Under the pieces are notes generated by a model, which ran no database searches, was not told the DNA's origin, and saw nothing but the letters and a program-made list of their open reading frames with translations. The position numbers and the translations under genes were made by a program. DNA of 41,106 nucleotides from contig JABIHA010000038.1 in NCBI GenBank assembly GCA_018649885.1, positions 1 to 41,106 of the forward strand. The letters are read 5' to 3'. The DNA comes from Bacteriovoracaceae bacterium. Its GTDB lineage: Bacteria > Bdellovibrionota > Bacteriovoracia > Bacteriovoracales > Bacteriovoracaceae. Shown piece by piece: positions 1-9,339 of the stretch (its first letter is position 1; every line of letters begins with the position of its first letter).

Positions 1-111
1 AAGCCGTCAAGACCGTCCACTAAACCAAGTAGGCCTAGCAGACCAAAACCATCTAGGCCTAGTAAGCCAAGAAGAGGCGGAAGCTCAAAGCCAAGGAAAA
101 AGAAAAAGTAA
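1..111 (+). CDS. 3' end of an upstream gene; low-complexity Pro/Ser/Arg/Lys tail (partial)
   Basis: Frame 1 is open from base 1 to TAA at 109-111, reading KPSRPSTKPSRPSRPKPSRPSKPRRGGSSKPRKKKK*; synonymous codon variation between repeats; terminator follows. Confidence 0.75.
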   Translation, partial: KPSRPSTKPSRPSRPKPSRPSKPRRGGSSKPRKKKK

Positions 112-190
112 CTTTAAGTTATACGTGTGCTCCTCCTCATAGGAATAGAATCTAGACCTAAAGAGGAATAAGTGTTCGAGATTGAAGGTT

Positions 191-229
191 TGGGGGCGAA
201 GAGAAGCAAGCTTCGCCCCCATTTTTTTT
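191..229 (+). terminator. Rho-independent terminator
   Basis: 11-bp stem TGGGGGCGAAG/CTTCGCCCCCA followed by T8. Confidence 0.85.
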
Positions 230-273
230 GATGGATTAAATTAAATTTTAGAGCAGGCACGCGGGGGTGCTCA

Positions 274-3200
274 CTGAATCACACAAATAGGTCCTCACTA
301 TTTATCGTCATTAATTTACTAGCTGGGCTCACGGCCTTAACCTATGAAGCTCTGTGGGTTCGAGTATTCACGAAAGCTCTAGGCTCAAGCTCTCTTTCTC
401 TTGCAATCGTGTTATCAATTTTCTTTGCTGGTGGAGGAGTAGGATTATACTTATCTGGAAGACTTTCCGAAAAGTCTAGAAGGCCGCTACTATACTTTAG
501 CTTTTCACAGCTGTTTTTAGGGGTCTTCTCATTTTTTTCGCTGCAATATTTACTCAATTTAAATTTCACAACAAAACTCGAAGTACTACTTTTACCAAAA
601 CTATTCAATTTTCATTTTCTACTGGCGATCACCGCTATCGGAGTGCCTAGTATCCTCCTTGGCTGTACAATCCCGCTACTTTCAAAATTCTACCAAGACA
701 AGCGGCCTATTGAACAAAGCATATTTCAAATCTATGGAGTCAATACCATCGGGGGGGCCATAGGTGCTTTGCTTGCTGGATTTTATTGTATTCCATACCT
801 AGGGGTAGAGAACTCTAATATACTAGTATTTTTTATCACCCAATTAAATTTTCTGATGATTTTCTATTTAAATAGAAAAACGCAACCAGTGAAATTAAAA
901 ACTAAAACCCAGACGCCCTCAAAGTTATTTAAAAGTGATATGAAAACAAAATTTATGTGGCTCACGGCCTTTTTGATAGGCTTTTCATCTATGGGTCTGG
1001 AGTTTATTTGGACCAGATATCTTGGTATATATTTTGGCAGTTCTTTTTATTCATTTTCACTTGTTCTTTTTCTCTATTTACTATCAATTGGAATTGGCCC
1101 CCTCATTATAGATAAACTATGGCTACAAAAACAAAGGCCACTTCCAACTCTGAGAAGTTTATTGTTTATTGGATTTTGTACTATTTTGCTTTCAAATCAC
1201 TTACTGGGAATTTTTCCTAAATTAGTCTACACGCTTGCTCCTCTTTTTAATGGCCAACTTATTTTAAAGTTAGTGCTATCGGCCACAATATTAATTCCAC
1301 CAAACCTTTTTTTGGCATTGGTTCTTCCCATAACTGTTTCAACCCTCACAAGCTCTGAAAACCGAAAAAGCTTGCGCACATTGGGAAATGTTTTCGCACT
1401 CAATACTTTGGGCTCTATCATTGGCTCCCTTACAATGGGAATTTTGCTATATAAAAGTAATCAAAATATCAGACCACTTGTCATCCCTATAGCGGTACTT
1501 TTTCTACTATGCCTTATTCACCAATTGATTTTTGCGGGTAAAAAGGTCTATCGCCCTATTGTCTTATCGCTACTCACTATTATTTTGATAACACTTTTCC
1601 CTCCCCACTTGAGTTATCAAAATATGCTGACAACATTTTATTTAGAAGGACAGAGCGGGGTCAATTTCGAAAAATCAAAAGATCAGTGGATTCAAAGTAC
1701 AATATATCAGTCCTTTAATGATGCTGGATGGAAAACCATTACTAAAAGTGAGCAAAATGGAAATTTGGCTTTAATAAGCAGGACAAATGGTGTTGTTGAT
1801 GGGAGCTATCCTACTAAGGGAAAAGAGTATCAAAAGCTAAAAATGCTATTAAAGCAGCTTATTCCCAGTAGAGAAAAACAACTTCTTTTGGGCAACCACC
1901 CTATTGTAAAAAAGCAGATGATGGAAAGTGGAGCCGGTGTATGGGTTGCAAACTCGAGGTTAGATTTATCAAAGACTCTTGAAAACTACTTTCCCATAGA
2001 AAATAATTTCGGTATCCAAAGCACTTCAATAAAAGAAATTGAAAAGAAGTCAAAGTTGTTCAATACTATTATCAGCAGCTACTCCCACCCATGGGCATCA
2101 GAAACAAATCATACCTATACAGAAAACTTCTACCACAAAATGTCATCTCACCAATCAAACTATGCACCCTATATTCAACTGCTATCAAAAGATTTAGATA
2201 AGTTGGCCTTTCTTAGCATTGCCAAGAGTTTTTACAAAGTATTTCCATTTGGGGCGATCTTTGAATTTGGCGGTGACCAACTGGCCTTAGTAGGCTCAAA
2301 AAGAACTTTGAGAATAACTCCTCACCGGGCCATTATATCTTCTTTTATAATTGCAAGAGAAGATTTAATGAGGCCTACTAAAAATATACCTCACAATTCT
2401 ACCAAGAATTCATTTGCTGAAATACGATCGGCGAAAAAGGTATTCTTTAGCACTCCTAAGCGTGAGATAGTGCCCTATCTTTTCTCCCAATTTAGAGGAA
2501 GCCTTGATGGTGTAATAAAACACTCTTCAAAAGAGGAATTCGCCTTTATTGGTGAGTTGATGAAAAACTACTACCTTAAAAAGAATTGGGAGGCACTAGC
2601 GTACTTAATTCATAAAGTAACAAGACTTCATTTAGAAGGAAGTTTGCCTAAAATAGAAAATATTCACACCAAATTAAATTCCATGGCAAAAATGGCATAT
2701 GATGCTAAACTTTTTCACCTCTCAAAATCTTTAACATATTTTTCTCTCAGAAAAAAACCAAATGCCAAGGCCTTAAACCTTTTACTAAAAATTGACTCTT
2801 CTTTTAAAAGACACGACCAAGTCACTTCCAATTTTAAAGATTTTATAAAAATAGCTAATCCTTTAAGTTACTGCCTCTATCTAAATTCTGTAATCGAAGT
2901 GTCACCACTAAAGCAAGTAATCAAACAATTTAAAAGAAATGAAGAAAAATTAAACAGCTGCGGCCCCGTAGGGAACCTGGCACGAGGAAAATATTTCTTT
3001 AAAATTCAAGATTACAAAAAGGCCCAAATTTTTATTGAGATGGCGCTTGCTGGGCCAGAGCTCAAAATAGAGACCCTCAAAGTACTCTACCTTCTTGAAA
3101 GGGCGACGGCCAAAAGACCGGGCCCTAGAAGTAAAACTCTGCTGTTAGAAATTCAAAAATCCATCCAAGCAAAGAGGACGACTCTAGGACGATTTCAGAA

Positions 3201-3279
3201 AATCTATAAACGCCTAGAGTTCAACAATGGAAGCGCTGAAATCGAAAAAATGAAAGGGTTAAAGACATTTGAGGGCTAG
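274..3279 (+). CDS. Fused multi-TM membrane domain / degenerate spermidine-synthase-like domain with C-terminal helical (TPR-like) region
   Basis: Two repeats of the family motif (LTYEALWVRVFTKALGSS; MGLEFIWTRYLGIYFGSS) and YGVNTIGGAIG/FALNTLGSIIG; SHPW and LYTENFY-like motif; frame is open upstream of GTG 409 to a CTG at 274 preceded by GGGGGTG. Confidence 0.75.
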   Translation: MNHTNRSSLFIVINLLAGLTALTYEALWVRVFTKALGSSSLSLAIVLSIFFAGGGVGLYLSGRLSEKSRRPLLYFSFSQLFLGVFSFFSLQYLLNLNFTTKLEVLLLPKLFNFHFLLAITAIGVPSILLGCTIPLLSKFYQDKRPIEQSIFQIYGVNTIGGAIGALLAGFYCIPYLGVENSNILVFFITQLNFLMIFYLNRKTQPVKLKTKTQTPSKLFKSDMKTKFMWLTAFLIGFSSMGLEFIWTRYLGIYFGSSFYSFSLVLFLYLLSIGIGPLIIDKLWLQKQRPLPTLRSLLFIGFCTILLSNHLLGIFPKLVYTLAPLFNGQLILKLVLSATILIPPNLFLALVLPITVSTLTSSENRKSLRTLGNVFALNTLGSIIGSLTMGILLYKSNQNIRPLVIPIAVLFLLCLIHQLIFAGKKVYRPIVLSLLTIILITLFPPHLSYQNMLTTFYLEGQSGVNFEKSKDQWIQSTIYQSFNDAGWKTITKSEQNGNLALISRTNGVVDGSYPTKGKEYQKLKMLLKQLIPSREKQLLLGNHPIVKKQMMESGAGVWVANSRLDLSKTLENYFPIENNFGIQSTSIKEIEKKSKLFNTIISSYSHPWASETNHTYTENFYHKMSSHQSNYAPYIQLLSKDLDKLAFLSIAKSFYKVFPFGAIFEFGGDQLALVGSKRTLRITPHRAIISSFIIAREDLMRPTKNIPHNSTKNSFAEIRSAKKVFFSTPKREIVPYLFSQFRGSLDGVIKHSSKEEFAFIGELMKNYYLKKNWEALAYLIHKVTRLHLEGSLPKIENIHTKLNSMAKMAYDAKLFHLSKSLTYFSLRKKPNAKALNLLLKIDSSFKRHDQVTSNFKDFIKIANPLSYCLYLNSVIEVSPLKQVIKQFKRNEEKLNSCGPVGNLARGKYFFKIQDYKKAQIFIEMALAGPELKIETLKVLYLLERATAKRPGPRSKTLLLEIQKSIQAKRTTLGRFQKIYKRLEFNNGSAEIEKMKGLKTFEG

Positions 3280-3372
3280 GGGCCGCCTAGCGAAAATTCC
3301 ATGATCCTAGTGTACAGTAAAATCTGCTCATGATATTTTAATAAATTGTAACTTATGGATTTGAAGGGGATT

Positions 3373-4029
3373 ATGCTCACCTCAAAAAGGTGTACATGGA
3401 TAATACTGTTTACAAGCTTGTGCTTGCCGCTGATCTGCAATGGCAGTGAAGAAGAACAAAGTGGGCCAAAACAGTATCGGTACACATACATAGATAGGGA
3501 ACATTCATTGGGTGAAGATATAGCTCATCTAGGGATACTCTACCCCCTAGGCTGGATTGGTTACTATATTACACAAAAATCAACTTTTAACAACGTGGGC
3601 TCCTGGGAAACTTATAAGGACAATTTTGGACGACTCGTCTTCGACAAAGATGAACCCCTTTGGAACTGGCTTGTGCACCCTATGAGCGGCTCCCAAATGT
3701 ATTTATATTTTCGTGCAAACGGCTACTCAAGGCTGGCGGCGCTAAGAATGACTGCCATAGAAGGCGCTATCTTTGAATTTACCACAGAAATATGGACTGA
3801 AAAGGCCTCTGTTCAAGATTTGTACCAAACTCCAATTTTCGGTTCTCTTTTAGGTTTAGTTGTTGAAACCTCAAGTATGGCGCTACTTAACAGCGATAAC
3901 TCTGCACTCAAAATTATTGGCCACATCATTAACCCTGCTACACTATTTTGGTTTTATGAAGGAAAAGTACTAGTAACTCCCAATTTATCAAGAGATACGG
4001 CATCAATGGAGGCATTCATTGAGTTTTAA
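3373..4029 (+). CDS. DUF3943-like exported/membrane protein
   Basis: D-x-D-x3-NWLVHPMSGSQMYLYFRANGY...EFTTE..SVQDL..TP.FG pattern; signal peptide; ATG 3373 has AAGGGG upstream (track start 3355). Confidence 0.7.
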   Translation: MLTSKRCTWIILFTSLCLPLICNGSEEEQSGPKQYRYTYIDREHSLGEDIAHLGILYPLGWIGYYITQKSTFNNVGSWETYKDNFGRLVFDKDEPLWNWLVHPMSGSQMYLYFRANGYSRLAALRMTAIEGAIFEFTTEIWTEKASVQDLYQTPIFGSLLGLVVETSSMALLNSDNSALKIIGHIINPATLFWFYEGKVLVTPNLSRDTASMEAFIEF

Positions 4030-4684
4030 AATCGTGCTCCTACTATTACTTCCCACCATCTCCATGGCCAAAACCTATGATCAATTTGCTTTGAAAATTT
4101 CAGGAGGCGCTAGTATTAATTTGGCCAAGGGCAATGCTAGTGATGAGATTCCTTCTGCGGGTTTTGGCGCGACTACGGAAGTAGGGTACAAATACCAAAA
4201 TACAGAAATAAATCTTGTCAGTTTTCTCAATTACACTCACGCCAAAAGATTGGGAATTATTTCCAATGGAAGCCAAGTCCACGGAGATGGAAGGTTTCGT
4301 TCAGTTTCTTTTGGTCCCCTCCTAAGATATTATTCAGCTTATGAAGTCATTAGAAAATGGAATTTCTCCTTTCATATTAGTCCTCTAATTGGAATTCAAA
4401 CCATGAGATATCGCTATCCAACAGTCACTGGAGGCAATTACCAAGGCAATCATAAAATCACCACCGAGGGCATGGGCGGAGCTTTAGGATTGGGGCTCGA
4501 AAAATACTCTAATGATAAAAATAAGCATACTTTTATCATGCTATCGTATAAATTTATTCGCTCTGCAAGAGTTACCGAAATTGGTGGTACAGAAACAGCT
4601 GTCCAAAGAATCCACAGACATAGCTATAACACGGCCGTAGAAGAACATTCTATCTACCTCGGTTTTGGAGGTGTTATTTTCTAA
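4019..4684 (+). CDS. Outer-membrane beta-barrel protein
   Basis: Signal peptide, alternating amphipathic strands, C-terminal YLGFGGVIF ending in Phe. Confidence 0.65.
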   Translation: MSFKIVLLLLLPTISMAKTYDQFALKISGGASINLAKGNASDEIPSAGFGATTEVGYKYQNTEINLVSFLNYTHAKRLGIISNGSQVHGDGRFRSVSFGPLLRYYSAYEVIRKWNFSFHISPLIGIQTMRYRYPTVTGGNYQGNHKITTEGMGGALGLGLEKYSNDKNKHTFIMLSYKFIRSARVTEIGGTETAVQRIHRHSYNTAVEEHSIYLGFGGVIF

Positions 4685-5817
4685 TGAAAATCGGTCTTGA
4701 GGCCAAAAGGGCCTTCCACAATTTTAGAGGACTTGGCATATATTGTAGAAATTTAATCACAGGCCTTGCTAAATACCACCCTGAAAGTGAATTCTTTTTG
4801 TATACCCCACCCTTTAAAGACAGTGAGATTTCTAGCTTTAATAAATTGTACAAAAATACATATATTAAAGGACCCAATAAATTAGGCCATAAACTCTTTC
4901 ACCAGCTGTGGAGAGGATGGTTTCAAACCAATGATCTAGAGGCTGATCAAATAGATATTTACCACGGTCTATCTCACGAGATTCCCCACGGTATTGAAAA
5001 GACCTCTATAAAAAAGGTCGTCACCATTCACGATTTAATCTATTTAAAAAGGCCTGATTTATTTCCACTTCACGACAGATTGGTCTATGACCACAAATTT
5101 AGATCTTCAGCTGAGAGAAGTGATTTAATAGTGGCCGTGAGTGAGGAAACAAAGACAGACCTCATTAAGCACTTTGGAATTGATGACCAAAAAATAAAAG
5201 TGGTTTACCAAACATGTGATCCAGCATTTTATGAAAATACTAGCTCAATTGACAAAGATTCTGTGGCCAAAAAATACCATCTGCCAAAGGATTTCATCCT
5301 ATTTATGGGCGCCTTAGAACCAAGGAAAAATGCCCTGGGTGTACTTAAGGCCTGGCATCAAATTCCAAAAGACAACAGAATGCCACTTGTTATTGTTGGA
5401 AAAGGAAAGGAATACAAAAATCAGATTGATGCCTATATAGGAAGACATGGACTTGGAGCTGAAGTGATGGTCCTAGGTAATGTTAATAGAATTGAAGGAA
5501 TTGCAGTTCACGCCCTCGCCACTATTTTCGTCTGGCCTTCTCATTTAGAAGGCTTTGGAATTCCTCTTATTGAGGCCATTTATTCAAAGTCTGCTGTCAT
5601 CACAAGCCAGGGTGGCTGTTTTGAAGAGGCAGCAGGAAAAGGTGCCATCTACGTAGACCCTTCATCCCAAGAGCAAATTACGCAGTCTCTTACAAGGCTC
5701 ACAGACTCAAAACAACTGCGCTGTGAATATATCGACAAGGGCCTTGTCCATGTGCAAAAGTTCCACCAAGAAAATACCACTAAGGAACTATGGAAAATTT
5801 ACAATCAACTTAGGTAA
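4684..5817 (+). CDS. Glycosyltransferase family 4 (GT-B)
   Basis: VVTIHDLI, GALEPRKN and PSHLEGFGIPLIEA (E-x7-E) motifs. Confidence 0.92.
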   Translation: MKIGLEAKRAFHNFRGLGIYCRNLITGLAKYHPESEFFLYTPPFKDSEISSFNKLYKNTYIKGPNKLGHKLFHQLWRGWFQTNDLEADQIDIYHGLSHEIPHGIEKTSIKKVVTIHDLIYLKRPDLFPLHDRLVYDHKFRSSAERSDLIVAVSEETKTDLIKHFGIDDQKIKVVYQTCDPAFYENTSSIDKDSVAKKYHLPKDFILFMGALEPRKNALGVLKAWHQIPKDNRMPLVIVGKGKEYKNQIDAYIGRHGLGAEVMVLGNVNRIEGIAVHALATIFVWPSHLEGFGIPLIEAIYSKSAVITSQGGCFEEAAGKGAIYVDPSSQEQITQSLTRLTDSKQLRCEYIDKGLVHVQKFHQENTTKELWKIYNQLR

Positions 5818-5943
5818 CACTCTGCACCTTTAGCTCGACTTATCCGACCTATAAGTTTTCCTAATTTTTCACTGGCCAATTTGGTCACATATAGAACATG
5901 ATTGAGCCATAGGATCTTATACACACAATGGAGAGACCTACTT

Positions 5944-7422
5944 ATGTGCGGTATTCTGGGTATTTTAGGCCAGTCGAATTCAGCCGCTTCTGCATACCGA
6001 GGACTATTCACTTTGCAACACCGCGGTCAAGATGCCGCTGGCATAGTGACGTGGGATGAGCAGGAGTCGCGCTTTCACATCAAAAAAGGTTTGGGGCTTG
6101 TGTCTCAAATTTTTGATGAAAATGTAATCAACTCAACACCGGGAAGAATGTCGCTGGGTCACACCAGATACCCAACTTCTGGTGCCAACCAACTTAGCAA
6201 TGTTCAACCTCTGATGTGCTCAAGACCACATGGTTTGGCCTTGGCCTTTAATGGCAATCTAGTTAATTATCTAGATTTAAGAAGGCGCGTGAGATGCAAA
6301 GGCCAATTTCTTTTTACGGAAAACGACGCCGAAGTGATGCTAGCGCAAATATCTTTATTTATGGAAGAAGAGGCCTTTGCCTTTGATTTTGAAAAAAAAC
6401 TTTCTCACTCTATTAAATCCCTAATGCAAATTGCTAAGGGCGGGTATGCAGGCCTTTTACAAATTGCAGGTAAGGGCATTGCTGCCTTTAGAGACCCATG
6501 GGGCATAAGACCTCTACTATGGGGTGAAAAAACGCTCGCTTCAGGAGAGAAGGAATATCTCTTTTCCAGTGAGTCCTCTACTTTAAAATTTTTAGGATTT
6601 AAAAATATAAAAGATGTTTCCCCGGGTGAGATGATCTACGTAGGGCTCGATGGAACTTTTCATAGTGAAATTCTTGTTAGCAGAAACCACCATTTTTGCA
6701 TGTTTGAGTGGGTCTACTTCTCAAACCCAGATGGAATATTAGAAAACGTAGATATTTATCAAGCCCGAACCAGGCTAGGTGAGGCCCTGGCGAAAACTGT
6801 GGCCCCATATATTAAATCTGGGGAGCTTCGTCCTGACTGTGTCGTTCCGGTTCCTGACTCAGGAAGAATTGCCGCTCAAAGTATGGCCGAAGCGCTTGGC
6901 CTTCCTCTGCGTGAGGCCTTAATCAAAAATAGATACATTCAAAGAAGTTTTATAATGGATGGCCAAGACAAAAGAGAAAAGGCCATCTCTCACAAACTAA
7001 GACCAGTGGAAGGCCAAATTAAAGGCAAGAATCTTCTCTTAGTTGACGACAGCATTGTAAGAGGCTCAACTTCAAAACGAATGGTGACCATGCTTAGAGA
7101 ATGCGGGGCCAACTCGGTCACCCTAGTCTCCTCATGTCCGCCCATTACCCATCCCTGCACATTTGGAATCGACTTTCCTACTAAAGATGAGTTGATTGCT
7201 GGAGATAGGGATAACGATGGTATTACAAAGCTTATAGGTGCAGACAAGGTTATTTACTTGCCACTCATTGAATTATATATGGCGCTGGGAAAAACAAATT
7301 TATGCACTGGATGCTTAACAGGCAAATACCCTTTAAATTGTGATGAGGCCTCCGAATTTGCAGAATGGAGGAACGAACAGAAGGAGCAAAAGCTTGAAAA
7401 TAACATGCCTATTCGGGAGTAA
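5944..7422 (+). CDS. purF: Amidophosphoribosyltransferase
   Basis: N-terminal MCGILG (catalytic Cys), LQHRGQDAAG, GHTRYPT, PRPP motif LLVDDSIVRGST, Fe-S type cysteines; start reset to ATG 5944 with GGAGAG upstream. Confidence 0.97.
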   Translation: MCGILGILGQSNSAASAYRGLFTLQHRGQDAAGIVTWDEQESRFHIKKGLGLVSQIFDENVINSTPGRMSLGHTRYPTSGANQLSNVQPLMCSRPHGLALAFNGNLVNYLDLRRRVRCKGQFLFTENDAEVMLAQISLFMEEEAFAFDFEKKLSHSIKSLMQIAKGGYAGLLQIAGKGIAAFRDPWGIRPLLWGEKTLASGEKEYLFSSESSTLKFLGFKNIKDVSPGEMIYVGLDGTFHSEILVSRNHHFCMFEWVYFSNPDGILENVDIYQARTRLGEALAKTVAPYIKSGELRPDCVVPVPDSGRIAAQSMAEALGLPLREALIKNRYIQRSFIMDGQDKREKAISHKLRPVEGQIKGKNLLLVDDSIVRGSTSKRMVTMLRECGANSVTLVSSCPPITHPCTFGIDFPTKDELIAGDRDNDGITKLIGADKVIYLPLIELYMALGKTNLCTGCLTGKYPLNCDEASEFAEWRNEQKEQKLENNMPIRE

Positions 7423-8179
7423 GACAGACGAAGCACACGCAAACGAGCTTGTTTCTGGTCTCAAACAAAAGGGTCACCACCCTCACCTTCTGTACCTTTC
7501 GGCACATAGAAACCACGAAGAGCTAGACCAGTATATGGAAAGCGCAGAGGACAGCGTTGATTTGTATATCGCAGGTGCGGGACTTGCTGCACACTTACCA
7601 GGAGTCGTAAGCTCAAAAACAGCAATTCCAGTAATAGGTCTTCCACTCGGTGGCGCTTTTTGCGGACTCGACGCTTTTATGTCCATTGCTCAAATGCCTG
7701 GAGGGTTTCCAGTTGTCTCTAGTGGAGTGGGAAATGTAAATGCGATCATCAAACTTACACAAAAAATAGAACAGCTGCAAAACAATGATCAACCAGTACT
7801 GAATATCATCTCTTCTAAAAATGAAAGCTCACCTCAGAAAAAGCTCATTGATAAAACAGTGGAGTTGGCCCAGAAACTGGACCTAAGCTACAAACTTTCA
7901 CATATTTATCAAAGCGAGTGCTTCAACCTTTCTTTCACAGATTTATCTGGAAAAGAGAAGGCCTATGAAAGTGACCTGTGCATTCCCTATCTTGAACAAT
8001 GCAGGGAGCAAACTGCTCTCGATGGTCTCAAGTTTTTAGAAATTGCAGGTGAGTCTGGAATGTATGTAGGAATTAACAATATTAAAAATGCAATTTCATT
8101 TTTTGCATCAATAAATAAAACAATCAGAAATGGACGCTCAGTTCAACTTGGCGATTTGAAAAAAGGGAGAAGACCGTGA
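7394..8179 (+). CDS. purE: N5-CAIR mutase (class I PurE) with C-terminal extension
   Basis: GSKTD, SAHR, AGLAAHLPG, PVIGLP, GLDAFMSIAQMPGG motifs; TTG start at 7394 with AAGGAG at 7381-7386. Confidence 0.92.
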   Translation: MKITCLFGSKTDEAHANELVSGLKQKGHHPHLLYLSAHRNHEELDQYMESAEDSVDLYIAGAGLAAHLPGVVSSKTAIPVIGLPLGGAFCGLDAFMSIAQMPGGFPVVSSGVGNVNAIIKLTQKIEQLQNNDQPVLNIISSKNESSPQKKLIDKTVELAQKLDLSYKLSHIYQSECFNLSFTDLSGKEKAYESDLCIPYLEQCREQTALDGLKFLEIAGESGMYVGINNIKNAISFFASINKTIRNGRSVQLGDLKKGRRP

Positions 8180-9339
8180 AAGACTACGAAAGAGTAATTT
8201 ACGAGGGTTCTGTCAAGACTGTCAGAGGCCTTAAAGGTGGCAGTCCAGTATATTTTGAATTTAGTGATGATTTTTCTGTTTTTGACTGGGGTAAGATGCC
8301 CGATAGTCTGGGCAAAAAAGGAGCTGCTCTAAGCTCTATTGCCCACCAAATGTTTAAGTATTTAAGCGATCCGATAGGTTGGGATGCCTGGATCCGATTA
8401 AATAGAGTGAGTCTACGTGAGATGAAAGTCTCACAAAAGATCATGGACGATCTATCGACTCATGGACAAAGCTCACATTTTCTAGAAATAATTGGTAGTG
8501 AGTTTGGACCCCTTTTAAAAGTTAAAGGTGCTGAAGTAAGAAGACCGAGAAGAGAGTCTCCAGCGAAACCCTATGAGTATGGTAGTGCTGATTTTCCCAT
8601 ATTAAATAGACTGCTCCCTCTCGAAGTAATTTTTAGAACAGGTTGCCCCAAGGGATCAAGTTTATTAAAGAGATCATCAGATCTGCCTTATTTAAAGTCT
8701 ATAGGCCTTACGACTCCACCAAAAGAGGGTGAGAGTTTTGAGTACCCCATTGTTGAATTTTCCACGAAACTTGAAGACAAGGACCGCTACTTAGATAAGG
8801 CCCAGGCAAAGAAAATATCTCACTTAGATGATGATGATTTTTTCCACTTGGAATCTCTTGTTAAGGTCATGGCCTTAAGACTTAAAGACTTCTTCTCCGA
8901 GCTAGGTCTCACACTTTGGGATGGAAAATTTGAATTTTCCTATTCAAAATATCTTGAAAAGCCCGCCTTATTTGTATTAGTTGATTCTATTGGACCAGAC
9001 GAGCTAAGGATTACAAAAGATGGAATCCATCTTTCAAAAGAATACCTTAGGCAGTACTACAAGTTATCCACTTGGTCAGAAAAAATAGCTCAGGCACAAA
9101 GTTTATCTAAAGAGCTTGGACTTCCCTGGCAAAAAGTGATGGAAGACAAATTGATGTGCTCTCCCCCACTTTTAGAAAAAGAAACTAAAAAACTGGCCTC
9201 TCAAATTTATACAGTGCTAGATCAATTAATTACCCAAAAAATCGAGGGCGCCCAAATTGATCCTAAAATTCTGTCCGACTTGGTCCACAAACTCCAAAAA
9301 AATCAATCTAAGTGGTCCAGCATAGAAGGTTTATCGTGA
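8176..9339 (+). CDS. purC: SAICAR synthetase (long form)
   Basis: YEGSVK, FSDDFSVFDWG, PLEVIFR, EFSTK, DGKFEF, DSIGPDELR, SKEYLRQY motifs; position in pur operon. Confidence 0.93.
   Translation: MKDYERVIYEGSVKTVRGLKGGSPVYFEFSDDFSVFDWGKMPDSLGKKGAALSSIAHQMFKYLSDPIGWDAWIRLNRVSLREMKVSQKIMDDLSTHGQSSHFLEIIGSEFGPLLKVKGAEVRRPRRESPAKPYEYGSADFPILNRLLPLEVIFRTGCPKGSSLLKRSSDLPYLKSIGLTTPPKEGESFEYPIVEFSTKLEDKDRYLDKAQAKKISHLDDDDFFHLESLVKVMALRLKDFFSELGLTLWDGKFEFSYSKYLEKPALFVLVDSIGPDELRITKDGIHLSKEYLRQYYKLSTWSEKIAQAQSLSKELGLPWQKVMEDKLMCSPPLLEKETKKLASQIYTVLDQLITQKIEGAQIDPKILSDLVHKLQKNQSKWSSIEGLS

Noticed and set aside
5818..5943. Purine or ZTP riboswitch / PurR box before purF
   Set aside because: The leader is short and I could not find the conserved aptamer motifs or a terminator hairpin
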